DNA of 64,000 nucleotides. Origin: Hadesarchaea archaeon. GTDB lineage: Archaea; Hadarchaeota; Hadarchaeia; Hadarchaeales; Hadarchaeaceae. Position numbers and translations under genes: made by a program. The stretch is from NCBI GenBank assembly GCA_004375695.1, contig SOKQ01000021.1, positions 11,505-75,504 on the forward strand. Reading direction: 5' to 3'. The notes beneath the pieces are model-generated. The model was given only the letters and a program-made list of their open reading frames with translations. It was not told the origin of the DNA and did no database searches. Shown piece by piece: positions 8,524 to 18,006 of this stretch (within the stretch, counting starts at the first letter, position 1; each line of letters opens with the position of its first letter).

Positions 8524-10095
8524 TTATCTATCTTCAGCCCAAGTGAACTTTCGCTGGAGAGTTTTGGGGTAGATTTTTTTCCAATCGTATGAAACTCCTC
8601 CCGCCCACTTGACGTAGAGGCGCGGGTCGATGTAGGACTTGAGCGATGTACCGAGGTTGTAGTCTCGCGTAGCCTTTGTCAGCTTCACCTTGAGTCTAGC
8701 AGCTCTCATCCTCCCCTGAAGGCTCTTTATCCGCTTCGCACGTGAGCGGGAGCGGGGCCTTTCCCTGACTTCCTTCAGCTTCTCCTTCAGGACTTTCAGT
8801 CTGTTCACTTTATTTTCAAGGGATTCCTTCCAGTTCTTCGGGAGCTTTCGTTTGTGGTGGCAGGTGATCGCCGCTTCAAGATTCGCCATCTTGGCCACAT
8901 ACTTCTTCTCGAAGTCTGTATCTTCCGGTCGAACCTTGGAATTGGCTAGATAGTCTCTGACGCTCTTCGAGGCGTGATAAGTCCTGAAGACCTTAGCCGT
9001 GAGCCCTGGCATCACTTGACCTAAGAAAGCGTTTACGTGCTCCGAGCGGACTCCCGAGAAAATGGGCGCCCTAGGCTTCCCGATGAAGGACTTCAGGTTG
9101 CTCACGACTTGAGCAGGCGGCCTGATGGTCCTGACCCACCTCACCGAGTCCTTGCCCAGGAAGTTGAATTTTACCCGTCCAGAGTGGTCTATCTTGACGT
9201 GTGCACCCCTCAGCGTTACTGCGCCAACGGTGTCAGCTTCATCCTTGTCCTTCTCGTCGCCGACCCTCGTCTTCAGATTATCTATCAAGTAAGATACGGT
9301 CGCGGTCTTGCGCTGAGCGAGGTCCTCCGAGGCCAAGCTCCCCTCGATGTGTTGCCGAACCCTTTCAACGAGCTCCTCCAGCTCTCGGGCCTTGTTGAAC
9401 TTTTCGATCTCGCGCTCTTGTTTGAATCGCGCGGTGTCGGCTATCCATAAATACTTAAGTTCCTCACTGAGCTTGTCTTGCCACTTGGCTATCCACATGG
9501 CATTCGGATCGAAGGCCCTTTCCTTCCAGCGCTTCCCGTTTGGAGGTGTTGGGGTGGGGGCATCGAGTGACAGGTTTAGAATTATATCCTCATAGGCGAC
9601 TCTTGGCTTCCATCTTCCTCGAAACGGATGCTTTCCCCTACCCATGAAAATGCTAGGGGGTTCGACGGTGTAGCCGATCTCTACCCGTTCACCGTTAAGC
9701 ACAGCGTATCCGTACTTTTCCTTGTTGGCTTCCCGAATTTTCTTCCTTGCTTCAGCCAACGCTTTTCGCTCCTCGCGTGACATGTTTTCCTTTTTGATTT
9801 TTTCCTGCTCGACCCAGCGTTGAATCTCGGAGAAATCGAAGTCTTCTATTTTAGAGGGAGTTTCAACCCCTAGGGCTTTGGAGAAGTCTTCCACAAAGTT
9901 CCTGGCGAAGACCGGGTCTTTCACGTAGTCAGTACCCAGTTTCTTGACCCATGCGACGGCCATCTCTTCTTGGTCTGGAGCTAAAGAGAGTTTCTTCCCC
10001 TTATAGCGGATGGTGAAGCCTCGGGGTTCGTAGGTAGGGATGAGAACACCATTGTGAATCAGTTGCTTTATTCTGGTAGGTTGCGGCATCTGCAT
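8524..10095 (-). CDS. top1B: DNA topoisomerase IB (eukaryote/Thaumarchaeota-type large form)
   Basis: Catalytic pentad: RVGDEKD, FLGKDS, KVFRTY, CHHKR, TSLKSYIDPR; N-terminal HNGV and GRGKHP motifs. Confidence 0.95.
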   Translation of the reverse strand: MQMPQPTRIKQLIHNGVLIPTYEPRGFTIRYKGKKLSLAPDQEEMAVAWVKKLGTDYVKDPVFARNFVEDFSKALGVETPSKIEDFDFSEIQRWVEQEKIKKENMSREERKALAEARKKIREANKEKYGYAVLNGERVEIGYTVEPPSIFMGRGKHPFRGRWKPRVAYEDIILNLSLDAPTPTPPNGKRWKERAFDPNAMWIAKWQDKLSEELKYLWIADTARFKQEREIEKFNKARELEELVERVRQHIEGSLASEDLAQRKTATVSYLIDNLKTRVGDEKDKDEADTVGAVTLRGAHVKIDHSGRVKFNFLGKDSVRWVRTIRPPAQVVSNLKSFIGKPRAPIFSGVRSEHVNAFLGQVMPGLTAKVFRTYHASKSVRDYLANSKVRPEDTDFEKKYVAKMANLEAAITCHHKRKLPKNWKESLENKVNRLKVLKEKLKEVRERPRSRSRAKRIKSLQGRMRAARLKVKLTKATRDYNLGTSLKSYIDPRLYVKWAGGVSYDWKKIYPKTLQRKFTWAEDR

Positions 10096-10242
10096 CGTTC
10101 TTTCTAAATCATTTGTTGTAATTAAATGTCATGGAGATTAGTTATGAAGTCAAAAATCGGTTCATGGTTTAATTGACCCAAGGGTTGTGGCGAGTTCGAA
10201 AAATGTCTGTGGGGCAAGATATCCCACCGAAGTGCTGCGCGA

Positions 10243-11331
10243 TTATAACCTGATTGCTCGCGTTGGGCAGACCGAAACACAGAGTCCGCAGCCGTAGCAT
10301 TTGACAGGGTCTAGGCGGGCGATTCTCCCGACGATACGGATCGCATCGTATGGACAGTATCGCTCGCAAAGTCCGCAGCCCGTGCACCTCGACGCAGTCA
10401 CCTCAGGAGGTTTGGTTGTGGTACGAAGAGGCTGCTCGGGCAAGTGATGAAGTGCGATGCCCTTAAAATCGCTGATCGAGTTGTAGCCTTTTGCACGCAT
10501 GAACTTGACCATCTCGTCTGCTATTAGCCCATAAATCTTGTATCCGCGGATTATCGCTGCAGTTGAGAGTTGCACCGCCGAGGCCCCAACCATGATGAAC
10601 TCAACCGCATCGCGCCCGTTGCTGATTCCGCCCGCTCCAATGACAGGTATCTTCACCGCGCGGCAGATGTCGGCCACGCATCGAACAGCGAGAGACTTGA
10701 TCGCGGGGCCTGAGAGCCAGCCATAGCCAGAGATGCTCCCGAGCATGGGCATCGTGTTTTCTATGTCGATTGCCAAGCATGGCCCCACCGAGTTTATCGC
10801 GACTATGCCATCTGCCCCCGCTTCCTCTACAGCTCGCGCGAACTGGGTCACGTCGGGTACGTTCGGGCTGAGTTTCACGAACACCGGGATATCGATGACC
10901 TCCTTCGCGGCTTTCGTCGCTTCGACCACCAGCGTCGAGTCGTTTTCGAGGTGGTGAGTCGATAGCTCGAGGGCATCCACACCGGCCGCCTTGAGCTTGG
11001 GGGCAACAGCCCGGATCTCCTCGGCATTGTAGCCAACGCTCGCTATCAACGGCAGCCTCGTTCGCTTCGCCTTCGCATACTCGTGGCGAAGCCATTGCTC
11101 GAGCGGCAGGTCGGTCCAAAGCTCGGCATTCAGCAAGCTATCCTTTACCTTGATTATACAGGGGCGGGGTACATGGGCAGGAGAAACGCTCACAGTTTTC
11201 GCGACCAATCCGCCCGCGCCACCCTCGGCGGCTTTTACCAAAGCATCTCCGTTGTGCACCGTGGGGCCAGCCGCAGGCAAAATGGGGTTACGGAATTTTA
11301 AGCCACATATTTCAACAGATAAATCAACCAT
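10243..11331 (-). CDS. PreA/dihydroorotate-dehydrogenase-like FMN enzyme with C-terminal 2x[4Fe-4S] domain
   Basis: NPILPAAGP, KT, VKLSPN, GWLSGPAIK, GAGGI motifs; two CxxCxxCxxxCP. Confidence 0.85.
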   Translation of the reverse strand: MVDLSVEICGLKFRNPILPAAGPTVHNGDALVKAAEGGAGGLVAKTVSVSPAHVPRPCIIKVKDSLLNAELWTDLPLEQWLRHEYAKAKRTRLPLIASVGYNAEEIRAVAPKLKAAGVDALELSTHHLENDSTLVVEATKAAKEVIDIPVFVKLSPNVPDVTQFARAVEEAGADGIVAINSVGPCLAIDIENTMPMLGSISGYGWLSGPAIKSLAVRCVADICRAVKIPVIGAGGISNGRDAVEFIMVGASAVQLSTAAIIRGYKIYGLIADEMVKFMRAKGYNSISDFKGIALHHLPEQPLRTTTKPPEVTASRCTGCGLCERYCPYDAIRIVGRIARLDPVKCYGCGLCVSVCPTRAIRL

Positions 11332-11335
11332 CTCA

Positions 11336-12685
11336 TCAGCTCCTCTTTATTGCCTCAAACTTCTGCCAGAGTTTTTCCGCCGATTTCCGCGCCACTTTCA
11401 CCGCCTCCGCCTCGTCGAACATCTGCATTTTTCGTTCGCGCATTATGACCTTGCCCCCGACGACGACCGTTTCGATATCATCGCCATTAACGGTGTTGAC
11501 GATGTGTTCGGCGACATTTTCAGGACGTACAGGCGTAGGCGCGGGGGCCGAATTTATGATGATGATATCCGCGAGCTTTCCGTGCTCAATTGAACCTAGT
11601 TCGTTCTCCAGCCCGTAGAGTTCTGCCCCGCGGATTGTCGCCATCTTGAGCGCTTCCATGAACGAGATCGCGCGAGGATCGCGGAGGGCAACCTTGTGCA
11701 GCAAGAAGGCGGCCCGGATGTTCTCAAATCCATCGAAGATGTACCCATCGTTGCCCAAGCCCACAGGGATATCCATCATGAGCATTCGCACTATCGGCGC
11801 GACCCCAACTGCGTTGAGCATGTTGCTCATGGGGTTGTGAGCAACCTTTGCTCCAGTCTTTTTGATGATCGTCAACTCATCATCGTTGACATGCACGCAA
11901 TGAGCGAGCACGACATCCTGTGCGAGCAGCCCTTCATCGTTCAACCGTTCGATGGTGCGCTTGCCGAACCGTCCTAAATTGTGATAGAGGTCCGTCAGCC
12001 CCTCGGAGGTGTGGATGGTCACGGGCACTTTATAGCGACTCGCGAGTTCTCGGACGTAATGGAAGAGCTCGTTGGAAACTGTGAATGAAGCGTGAATGCT
12101 GAACATCCCTCGCACCCGGCTCATGCGTTTTTTCTTGATCTTCCGGATGAACCGCTCACTCTCTTTCGTGCCCCTGGCCCCCTCGGCGTGGGTGCGGCGC
12201 TCGGTCGCCTCAAACGATATGATGCCACGCATCCCCGATTGCTCGACCGCTGTAGCAATCCGATCCAGCACGCCAGTTATGGCGTTCGGGCCTGAAAAGG
12301 TGTCGGCAAACATAGTTGTGCCCGTCTTGATAAACTCAAGGCAGGAAATCAAAGCGCTAGCGTACGCATCCTCGCGGGTCATCTCCTCCTCCATCGGCCA
12401 CCAGACGCGCTGTAAAATTTGTGAGAAATCGGTAGGGGTTTCAATTTTCAACGGGGCGCCACGCAGAAGCGTGCCATAGAGATGGGTGTGTGAGCAAATG
12501 AGGCCGGGCATGACAATCTTGCCGCAGGCGTCGATGACCTCTTCTGGCTTGCTCTTGGTTTTCACCTTGCCCCGCTTGACCGAGATGATGCGGCCGTCTT
12601 CAACTGCAATCGAACCATTTGCAATGATGCGACAATCTTTGTCCATCGTGACTATCAAACCATTTTTAATTAATAAGTCAACCAT
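11336..12685 (-). CDS. SsnA-like amidohydrolase/deaminase
   Basis: PGLICSHTHLY, HASFTVS, HTSE, HNPMSNM.NAVG and GNDG motifs. Confidence 0.85.
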   Translation of the reverse strand: MVDLLIKNGLIVTMDKDCRIIANGSIAVEDGRIISVKRGKVKTKSKPEEVIDACGKIVMPGLICSHTHLYGTLLRGAPLKIETPTDFSQILQRVWWPMEEEMTREDAYASALISCLEFIKTGTTMFADTFSGPNAITGVLDRIATAVEQSGMRGIISFEATERRTHAEGARGTKESERFIRKIKKKRMSRVRGMFSIHASFTVSNELFHYVRELASRYKVPVTIHTSEGLTDLYHNLGRFGKRTIERLNDEGLLAQDVVLAHCVHVNDDELTIIKKTGAKVAHNPMSNMLNAVGVAPIVRMLMMDIPVGLGNDGYIFDGFENIRAAFLLHKVALRDPRAISFMEALKMATIRGAELYGLENELGSIEHGKLADIIIINSAPAPTPVRPENVAEHIVNTVNGDDIETVVVGGKVIMRERKMQMFDEAEAVKVARKSAEKLWQKFEAIKRS

Positions 12686-12832
12686 TCAATCCCTGAGAAC
12701 AAAACCATCGGCGAACATTTAAACTTTCGGTGTCTTAAATTTGGACCGAGCGAGAAATCATGTGTTTCAACCGTGGGGGATATCACCAAACCCAAATAAA
12801 CCATTAAATCAGTTGATTATAGTGACGAGAAC

Positions 12833-13045
12833 ATGTCAGAATTTTCAGTATCCACAATGGATCGGATTATTCGAAAAGCAGCTAAAGTCCGCGTGTCGCG
12901 CGACGCCGCCCTTGAGCTTAGTGCGATTATCGAGGAATATGCGACTGAGCTGTCAAATGAAGCGATAAAGCTAGCTAAACATCGCGGCGCGAAAACTGTG
13001 AACGAAAGTGATATTCGGGCAGCTGCTTTGAGGATACGCACATAA
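12833..13045 (+). CDS. Archaeal histone (HMf-like, divergent L2 loop)
   Basis: RIIRKA..RVSRDA...LAKH.GAKTV...DI histone-fold signature, 70 aa. Confidence 0.88.
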   Translation: MSEFSVSTMDRIIRKAAKVRVSRDAALELSAIIEEYATELSNEAIKLAKHRGAKTVNESDIRAAALRIRT

Positions 13046-13068
13046 CTTATCCTAATCCTGGTGATGTT

Positions 13069-14454
13069 TTGGCCGATTTAGTCATTCGAAATGCGCGCTT
13101 GGTTTTGCCTGAGGGAATCATCCGCGGAGAGCTCGCGGTCGAAAAAGGACACATCTCCGAAATTGCCGCAAGTGGGTTGTCCAAAGCTGATCGAGAAATC
13201 GATGCGAAGGAGAGAATTGTGATGCCTGGAGTTATTGATTCCCATGTCCACCTCTACGACCCCCGTCATCCTTTTCGAGAGGATTTTCAAAATGGTAGTG
13301 CCGCGGCCGCAGCGGGAGGCATAACCAGTGTAATTGTGACACCCCTCGACACCTCGATGCTGACACCAAAAATGATAAAAAATATCATTGAATTCGGGCA
13401 AAGGGAGAGCGTCATAGATTTTGACCTTCATGCGGGAAAAATGACCGCTGACTCGATCAAAGATATCCCCAAGCTCGCCACGCTCGGCATCAAATCTTTC
13501 AAGGCATTTACGTGTGCTCTCTACCGTATCGAAGACCCGGTGTTAGAGAAGCTGATGGCCGCGATAAAAAATATTGGTGGCATTGTGTTTGTCCACGCGG
13601 AGGATGACAAAGTTCTGCAGAAGCGCACTGAGAGGCTCCTCAAGGAAGGACGGAGGGACCCATTAGCTCATGCGGAATCATGCCCGAATGAAGCCGAGGA
13701 AAAGGCTATCCAAAAAGTGATTATGCTCGCCAAACGGACCGGATGTAAACTGCACTTAGCCCACATCACGACACGCCAGGGTATCGAGCTCGTCAAAAAG
13801 GCGAAGGACAAGCGGATACCAGTGACCAGCGAAATATGCCCGCACTACCTGCTTTTCACGCGAGAAGACATGCAAAGGTTGGGGCCGTACCTAAAGGTAA
13901 ATCCTGCGTTGAAAACAAGTGAAGAGTGTGAGGCGCTCTGGAATGCCTTGGCTAGAGGAATAATCGATATCGTCTCGAGCGACCATGCACCTCGCACCAA
14001 GGCGGAGAAGGAGGGCGGGGGGGAAAACATCTGGACAGCCCAAGTCGGAGTTCCGAGCGTCGAAACCTTATTGCCGCTCATGCTTAGCGAGGGTGTCGCG
14101 AAGGGCAGGCTGACGTTCGAACGACTTGTCGATGCACTCTGTACCAAGCCTGCGCAAATCTTCGGACTCTACCCGCGCAAAGGGGCCATCAGCGAGGGCT
14201 CCGATGCTGACCTAGTGATCGTGGACCTTAAGAAGGAGGCAACGATAACCGCTGAAAAAATGCACTACAAAGTTGGCTGGACCCCTTACGAGGGAATGAG
14301 GATTAAGGGGGTGCCTGTGATGACGATTTTGCGGGGCATTGTAGTGGCCGAAAATGGAGATGTAGTTGGAAAGCCCGGATATGGGCAGTTTTTGACTAAG
14401 CAGAAGCCAACAAGAGATTCAGCTTTCGCCTCACCGCTTCCGACTCGTCCCTGA
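13069..14454 (+). CDS. Cyclic amidohydrolase (allantoinase/dihydropyrimidinase/dihydroorotase family)
   Basis: DSHVH, carbamylated Lys in SFKAF, HAED, HIT, SDHAP. Confidence 0.9.
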   Translation: MADLVIRNARLVLPEGIIRGELAVEKGHISEIAASGLSKADREIDAKERIVMPGVIDSHVHLYDPRHPFREDFQNGSAAAAAGGITSVIVTPLDTSMLTPKMIKNIIEFGQRESVIDFDLHAGKMTADSIKDIPKLATLGIKSFKAFTCALYRIEDPVLEKLMAAIKNIGGIVFVHAEDDKVLQKRTERLLKEGRRDPLAHAESCPNEAEEKAIQKVIMLAKRTGCKLHLAHITTRQGIELVKKAKDKRIPVTSEICPHYLLFTREDMQRLGPYLKVNPALKTSEECEALWNALARGIIDIVSSDHAPRTKAEKEGGGENIWTAQVGVPSVETLLPLMLSEGVAKGRLTFERLVDALCTKPAQIFGLYPRKGAISEGSDADLVIVDLKKEATITAEKMHYKVGWTPYEGMRIKGVPVMTILRGIVVAENGDVVGKPGYGQFLTKQKPTRDSAFASPLPTRP

Positions 14455-14547
14455 ATTTCTTTTTAATAAGCTCCTGCAGGCGCTCGCGCTAATTATTCGT
14501 TACGATCCCGCGGGGCACGGCATTCGGTTGAAATTTTCCCGTCTCTT

Positions 14548-15885
14548 TCATTTTCCAAATCTTTTGAGAGTTTTCCCGTATGAGCAAAGCGCGCACAACG
14601 CTCGAGCGGCTTTCCTCGGTGAATCGTAAACGCAGACATCTTTGCCTCGGAGCTTCTCCCGCACAAGGACGCAGTCCTTCCCGCACATCACAATGTCGAT
14701 CACTGGCGTATCCTCCGACTTTTTCGCTGCTTTTGCTACTTCCTGAATATCTTCAAGTTTGAGAAACGTCGACTTGAGCTCGTTTACTACTACCACACCA
14801 TCGACACCTGAGTCCGATAGCACTTGTTCAAGAACAAACTTGTACCGATCGCCATTTGCGTCAATGCCGATGTCCACCCAATCCGCGATGCTGGTATTCG
14901 GATATGTCTGAATAATCTTCTTCGTGACTTTGTTGGAGAGCTTCGCCAACGCTAACCCCTCGCGGGATAACACGTCCGCGACCAAAACTGCCGGTCCACT
15001 AACGTTAGTGACTACAGCCACCCGATTGCCCCGCATGCATGGCTGTTTCGCTAGCGCATCCGCGACGCTAAGGAGCTCCTCGATGTCACTGACTTGAAGA
15101 GCGCCGACCTGCTTAAGGGCAGAGACGAATATTCTATCCCGCTCAACCCCCTCGCGCACCGTGCTGCCCTTCAGTACAACGACTGGCTTTTTTTGCACCG
15201 CCTCACGAATCGACTCAAGAAACCTTCGCCCATCACGAACGCTTTCCAAGTAAATACAAATTACCTTCGTCTCCTTGTCCTGTGTTAGAAATTCAAGCAA
15301 GTCCGTCTCTGTGATGTCAGCGCCCCCACCGATTGACGCGAATTTGCTCACGCCCGCACTATAAGAGCAGGCTCGATCAAGCATCGCCGTTCCAACCGCG
15401 CAGTTCTGCGAGATCATCGCAATGCCGCCGCATGGTGGCATGATCTCACGCTCAAGAGTTATACACAAGCCTTTCGCCGTGTTGATCACCCCCGCCAGCA
15501 CGTTTGGGCCAAGTACCCGAACCTTTTGCTTGGCGGCCACGCGCGTGAGTTCCTCTAGCTGGTGTTGATCAAAACCTCCGGCGACCAAAACCATGGACTT
15601 CACTTTTCGAGCAAACAGCTTCCGTAAATTTTTCATAACAAGTTTGGGGGGTAACACAATTACCGCGATATCGCATCCGCTGGGGACTTCACTCAAATTT
15701 TTAACAGAACCGTTAAGTCTACCACTAAAATCAACGACGTGAGTCTTACCCTTAAAGAAGTGAAGTGTGTTGTGAACAAGCGAGCCAAAAAAGACTGGCG
15801 AAGCGGCTCCCACTCCTTCCCTAGCAGAAGCGCCTACTAGTACGACTGACTTCGGCTCGAAAATTGCCTTAACTTCGCCCGACAT
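14548..15885 (-). CDS. ADP-forming acyl-CoA synthetase alpha-like subunit (degenerate, no phospho-His loop)
   Basis: PKSVVLVGAS, GPN, YLES..DGRRF, KPVVVLK; SHTG motif missing. Confidence 0.75.
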   Translation of the reverse strand: MSGEVKAIFEPKSVVLVGASAREGVGAASPVFFGSLVHNTLHFFKGKTHVVDFSGRLNGSVKNLSEVPSGCDIAVIVLPPKLVMKNLRKLFARKVKSMVLVAGGFDQHQLEELTRVAAKQKVRVLGPNVLAGVINTAKGLCITLEREIMPPCGGIAMISQNCAVGTAMLDRACSYSAGVSKFASIGGGADITETDLLEFLTQDKETKVICIYLESVRDGRRFLESIREAVQKKPVVVLKGSTVREGVERDRIFVSALKQVGALQVSDIEELLSVADALAKQPCMRGNRVAVVTNVSGPAVLVADVLSREGLALAKLSNKVTKKIIQTYPNTSIADWVDIGIDANGDRYKFVLEQVLSDSGVDGVVVVNELKSTFLKLEDIQEVAKAAKKSEDTPVIDIVMCGKDCVLVREKLRGKDVCVYDSPRKAARALCALCSYGKTLKRFGK

Positions 15886-16625
15886 TACTTGCCCCTCCCG
15901 AGGACTATCCGGGCGTCGGCTGTCACCGCGCCCTTTCCGTCGTCAAACGCGAAAATTGGGTTCAGATTTATCTCGGTTATTTCAGGGAATTCGTGCGCTA
16001 GCTGCCCGACCTTTTGGATGATGTCAACGAGCGCATTGATGTCGGCTGGAGGAGCCCTCTGAATGCCCGCGAGCACTGGGTAGCCCTTAATCTCTTGGAT
16101 CATCTCTCGCGCATCCTCAGCGTTGAGCGGGGCCAGCCTGAAGCTGATGTCCTTAAGTACCTCGGCCCATACACCCGCCAACCCGAACATCACCGTAGCG
16201 CCGAAGGAGGGGTCCTGCAGAGCGCCCACGATCACCTCGCGGGCAGGAGGAAGATATTCTTGGATCGTCACTCCGAGAATTTTTGCGTCTGGCTTGTATG
16301 CGTGAACGTTATCGATTAGTTCGCCAAAAGATTGTCGAAGCTCCAGCTCCGAGGTCAATCCAACTTTGACGCCCTTAGCTTCGTTCTTATGAATAATGTC
16401 GGGAGAAGCAATTTTTAGAACGAGAGGATAACGAATCTCTCGTGCAACTTTAACGGCCTCGCTCAGGTCACGAGCGAGTTCAGTTCGATTCACTGGCACC
16501 CCCCAGGCAGCGAGAACCCGCTTGGAATCGAGTTCCGTTAACTCAAGTCTGCCCTCCTTGCGGATTGAACTGAGGATTCCAGTCACATTTTTCTTTGCTG
16601 CGGCCAACTCAATCACCGAGAACAA
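15885..16625 (-). CDS. ADP-forming acyl-CoA synthetase beta (ATP-grasp) subunit
   Basis: YPLVLKIASPDIIHK, DPSFG..VMFG, LNP, DARI. Confidence 0.88.
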   Translation of the reverse strand: MFSVIELAAAKKNVTGILSSIRKEGRLELTELDSKRVLAAWGVPVNRTELARDLSEAVKVAREIRYPLVLKIASPDIIHKNEAKGVKVGLTSELELRQSFGELIDNVHAYKPDAKILGVTIQEYLPPAREVIVGALQDPSFGATVMFGLAGVWAEVLKDISFRLAPLNAEDAREMIQEIKGYPVLAGIQRAPPADINALVDIIQKVGQLAHEFPEITEINLNPIFAFDDGKGAVTADARIVLGRGK

Positions 16626-16860
16626 GCTAAATTATGGTCAAGTGGTATAAAAATTTTCCTCCAAATCAATAAAAATAATGAATTTGGAACTGTTTTGGCA
16701 AAAATGGTCATTTATCCCCATATAAATTGTAAAATTGGAAAATATGCGTCTTTAAAGTTGAAAATAAGGGTATTGTGTACTATTCTTCAATCCTCACGCC
16801 TAAATGTTAGATATTAATTGTGTATCAAGTAATTGGATTATCCGGAGAGGAAAAAGCGAT

Positions 16861-17949
16861 TTAAGATGATGGTTGGTGCTTCATTGCGATGTTACATGCG
16901 CCCTCTGTGGTTACGGCACATGGTCCTACTGGATGCTCTGAGGTGCACGCTTTGTTAAACAGCGGGCATTCACAGGGATGAATCAGCCCCCTAAGTACCT
17001 CGCCGCATCTGCATCCCTTTGCGAAGTCCGCCATGCTCTCCACATGAACATCAAATCTTGTACGTGCATCATATTCTTTGAATTCACGCCTCAACTGAAG
17101 GGCCGACTTCGGAATCACCGGGAAACCGCGCCATCGCTTGTCCACAATTTTGAACACCTCGCGCATTTTTTCCTGTGCTACCACATTCCCCTCTGAGCGA
17201 ACCGAGCGGGTGTACTCGATCTCCACTTCTCCCTTCCCTTCGTGTAACTGCTTTAACAACATCCAGACCCCGAGTAGAATGTCGATGGGCTCAAATCCAG
17301 CGATCACCTGTGGTACTCCATAGCGCTTTGAGAGAGGCTCGTAGGGCCTAGAACCGATGATGGTCGAAACATGGCCCGGGCAGATGAACCCGTCGAGTGA
17401 AGCCTCCCCCGACGCGAGCAGAAATTCCATCGCGGGGGGAATCAGGCGGTGGCACACGAGCAAGCTGAAATTCTCGGGGGGTTCGCGGAGGAGCTCGGAG
17501 GCGGTCGTGGGGGCGGTCGTTTCAAATCCAACAGCCGCGTGGACGACTTCTCGCTCGGGATTTCGTCGTGCCGTTTCGACCGCATCCGCCACACCGTAGA
17601 TTATCCTGACATCCGCGCCGTCGGTCTTTGCACCGGCGAGCGAAGTTTGGGTTCCGGGGACCTGAAACATGTCGCCAAAGGTGGTGATGAGGTGCCCCTG
17701 TTTAGCGAGTTCAATCGCCTCGTCGATTTCCGCCGCGTTCGTTACACAAACTGGGCAGCCGGGGCCGCTAATTACTTCGAGCCAATCGGGAAAAAGTGAG
17801 CGGAGACCAAATTTTGTGATGGTTAACTCGTGGCTCCCGCATACATGCATGAATTTTACTTTGCGATTTGGGCTAAGCCCTCGGATTTCCCGCAGGATTC
17901 GAGCCGCCAAACCGCGATCCCTAAACTTCTCCAGCAATGCACTTACCAT
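16861..17949 (-). CDS. hypD: Hydrogenase maturation protein HypD
   Basis: CGSH, GPGCPVC, GFETT and PGHVS motifs; C-terminal Fe-S cysteines. Confidence 0.95.
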   Translation of the reverse strand: MVSALLEKFRDRGLAARILREIRGLSPNRKVKFMHVCGSHELTITKFGLRSLFPDWLEVISGPGCPVCVTNAAEIDEAIELAKQGHLITTFGDMFQVPGTQTSLAGAKTDGADVRIIYGVADAVETARRNPEREVVHAAVGFETTAPTTASELLREPPENFSLLVCHRLIPPAMEFLLASGEASLDGFICPGHVSTIIGSRPYEPLSKRYGVPQVIAGFEPIDILLGVWMLLKQLHEGKGEVEIEYTRSVRSEGNVVAQEKMREVFKIVDKRWRGFPVIPKSALQLRREFKEYDARTRFDVHVESMADFAKGCRCGEVLRGLIHPCECPLFNKACTSEHPVGPCAVTTEGACNIAMKHQPSS

Positions 17950-18006
17950 TTTTAAGACCCAAAACACTTTTAATGCTCTCTGCCGCCTATAAGCTTCGGT
18001 GGGCAG

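Noticed and set aside
16626..16860. AT-rich intergenic stretch as replication origin
   Set aside because: No ORB-like repeats or adjacent cdc6/orc1; consistent with a plain promoter/terminator region.
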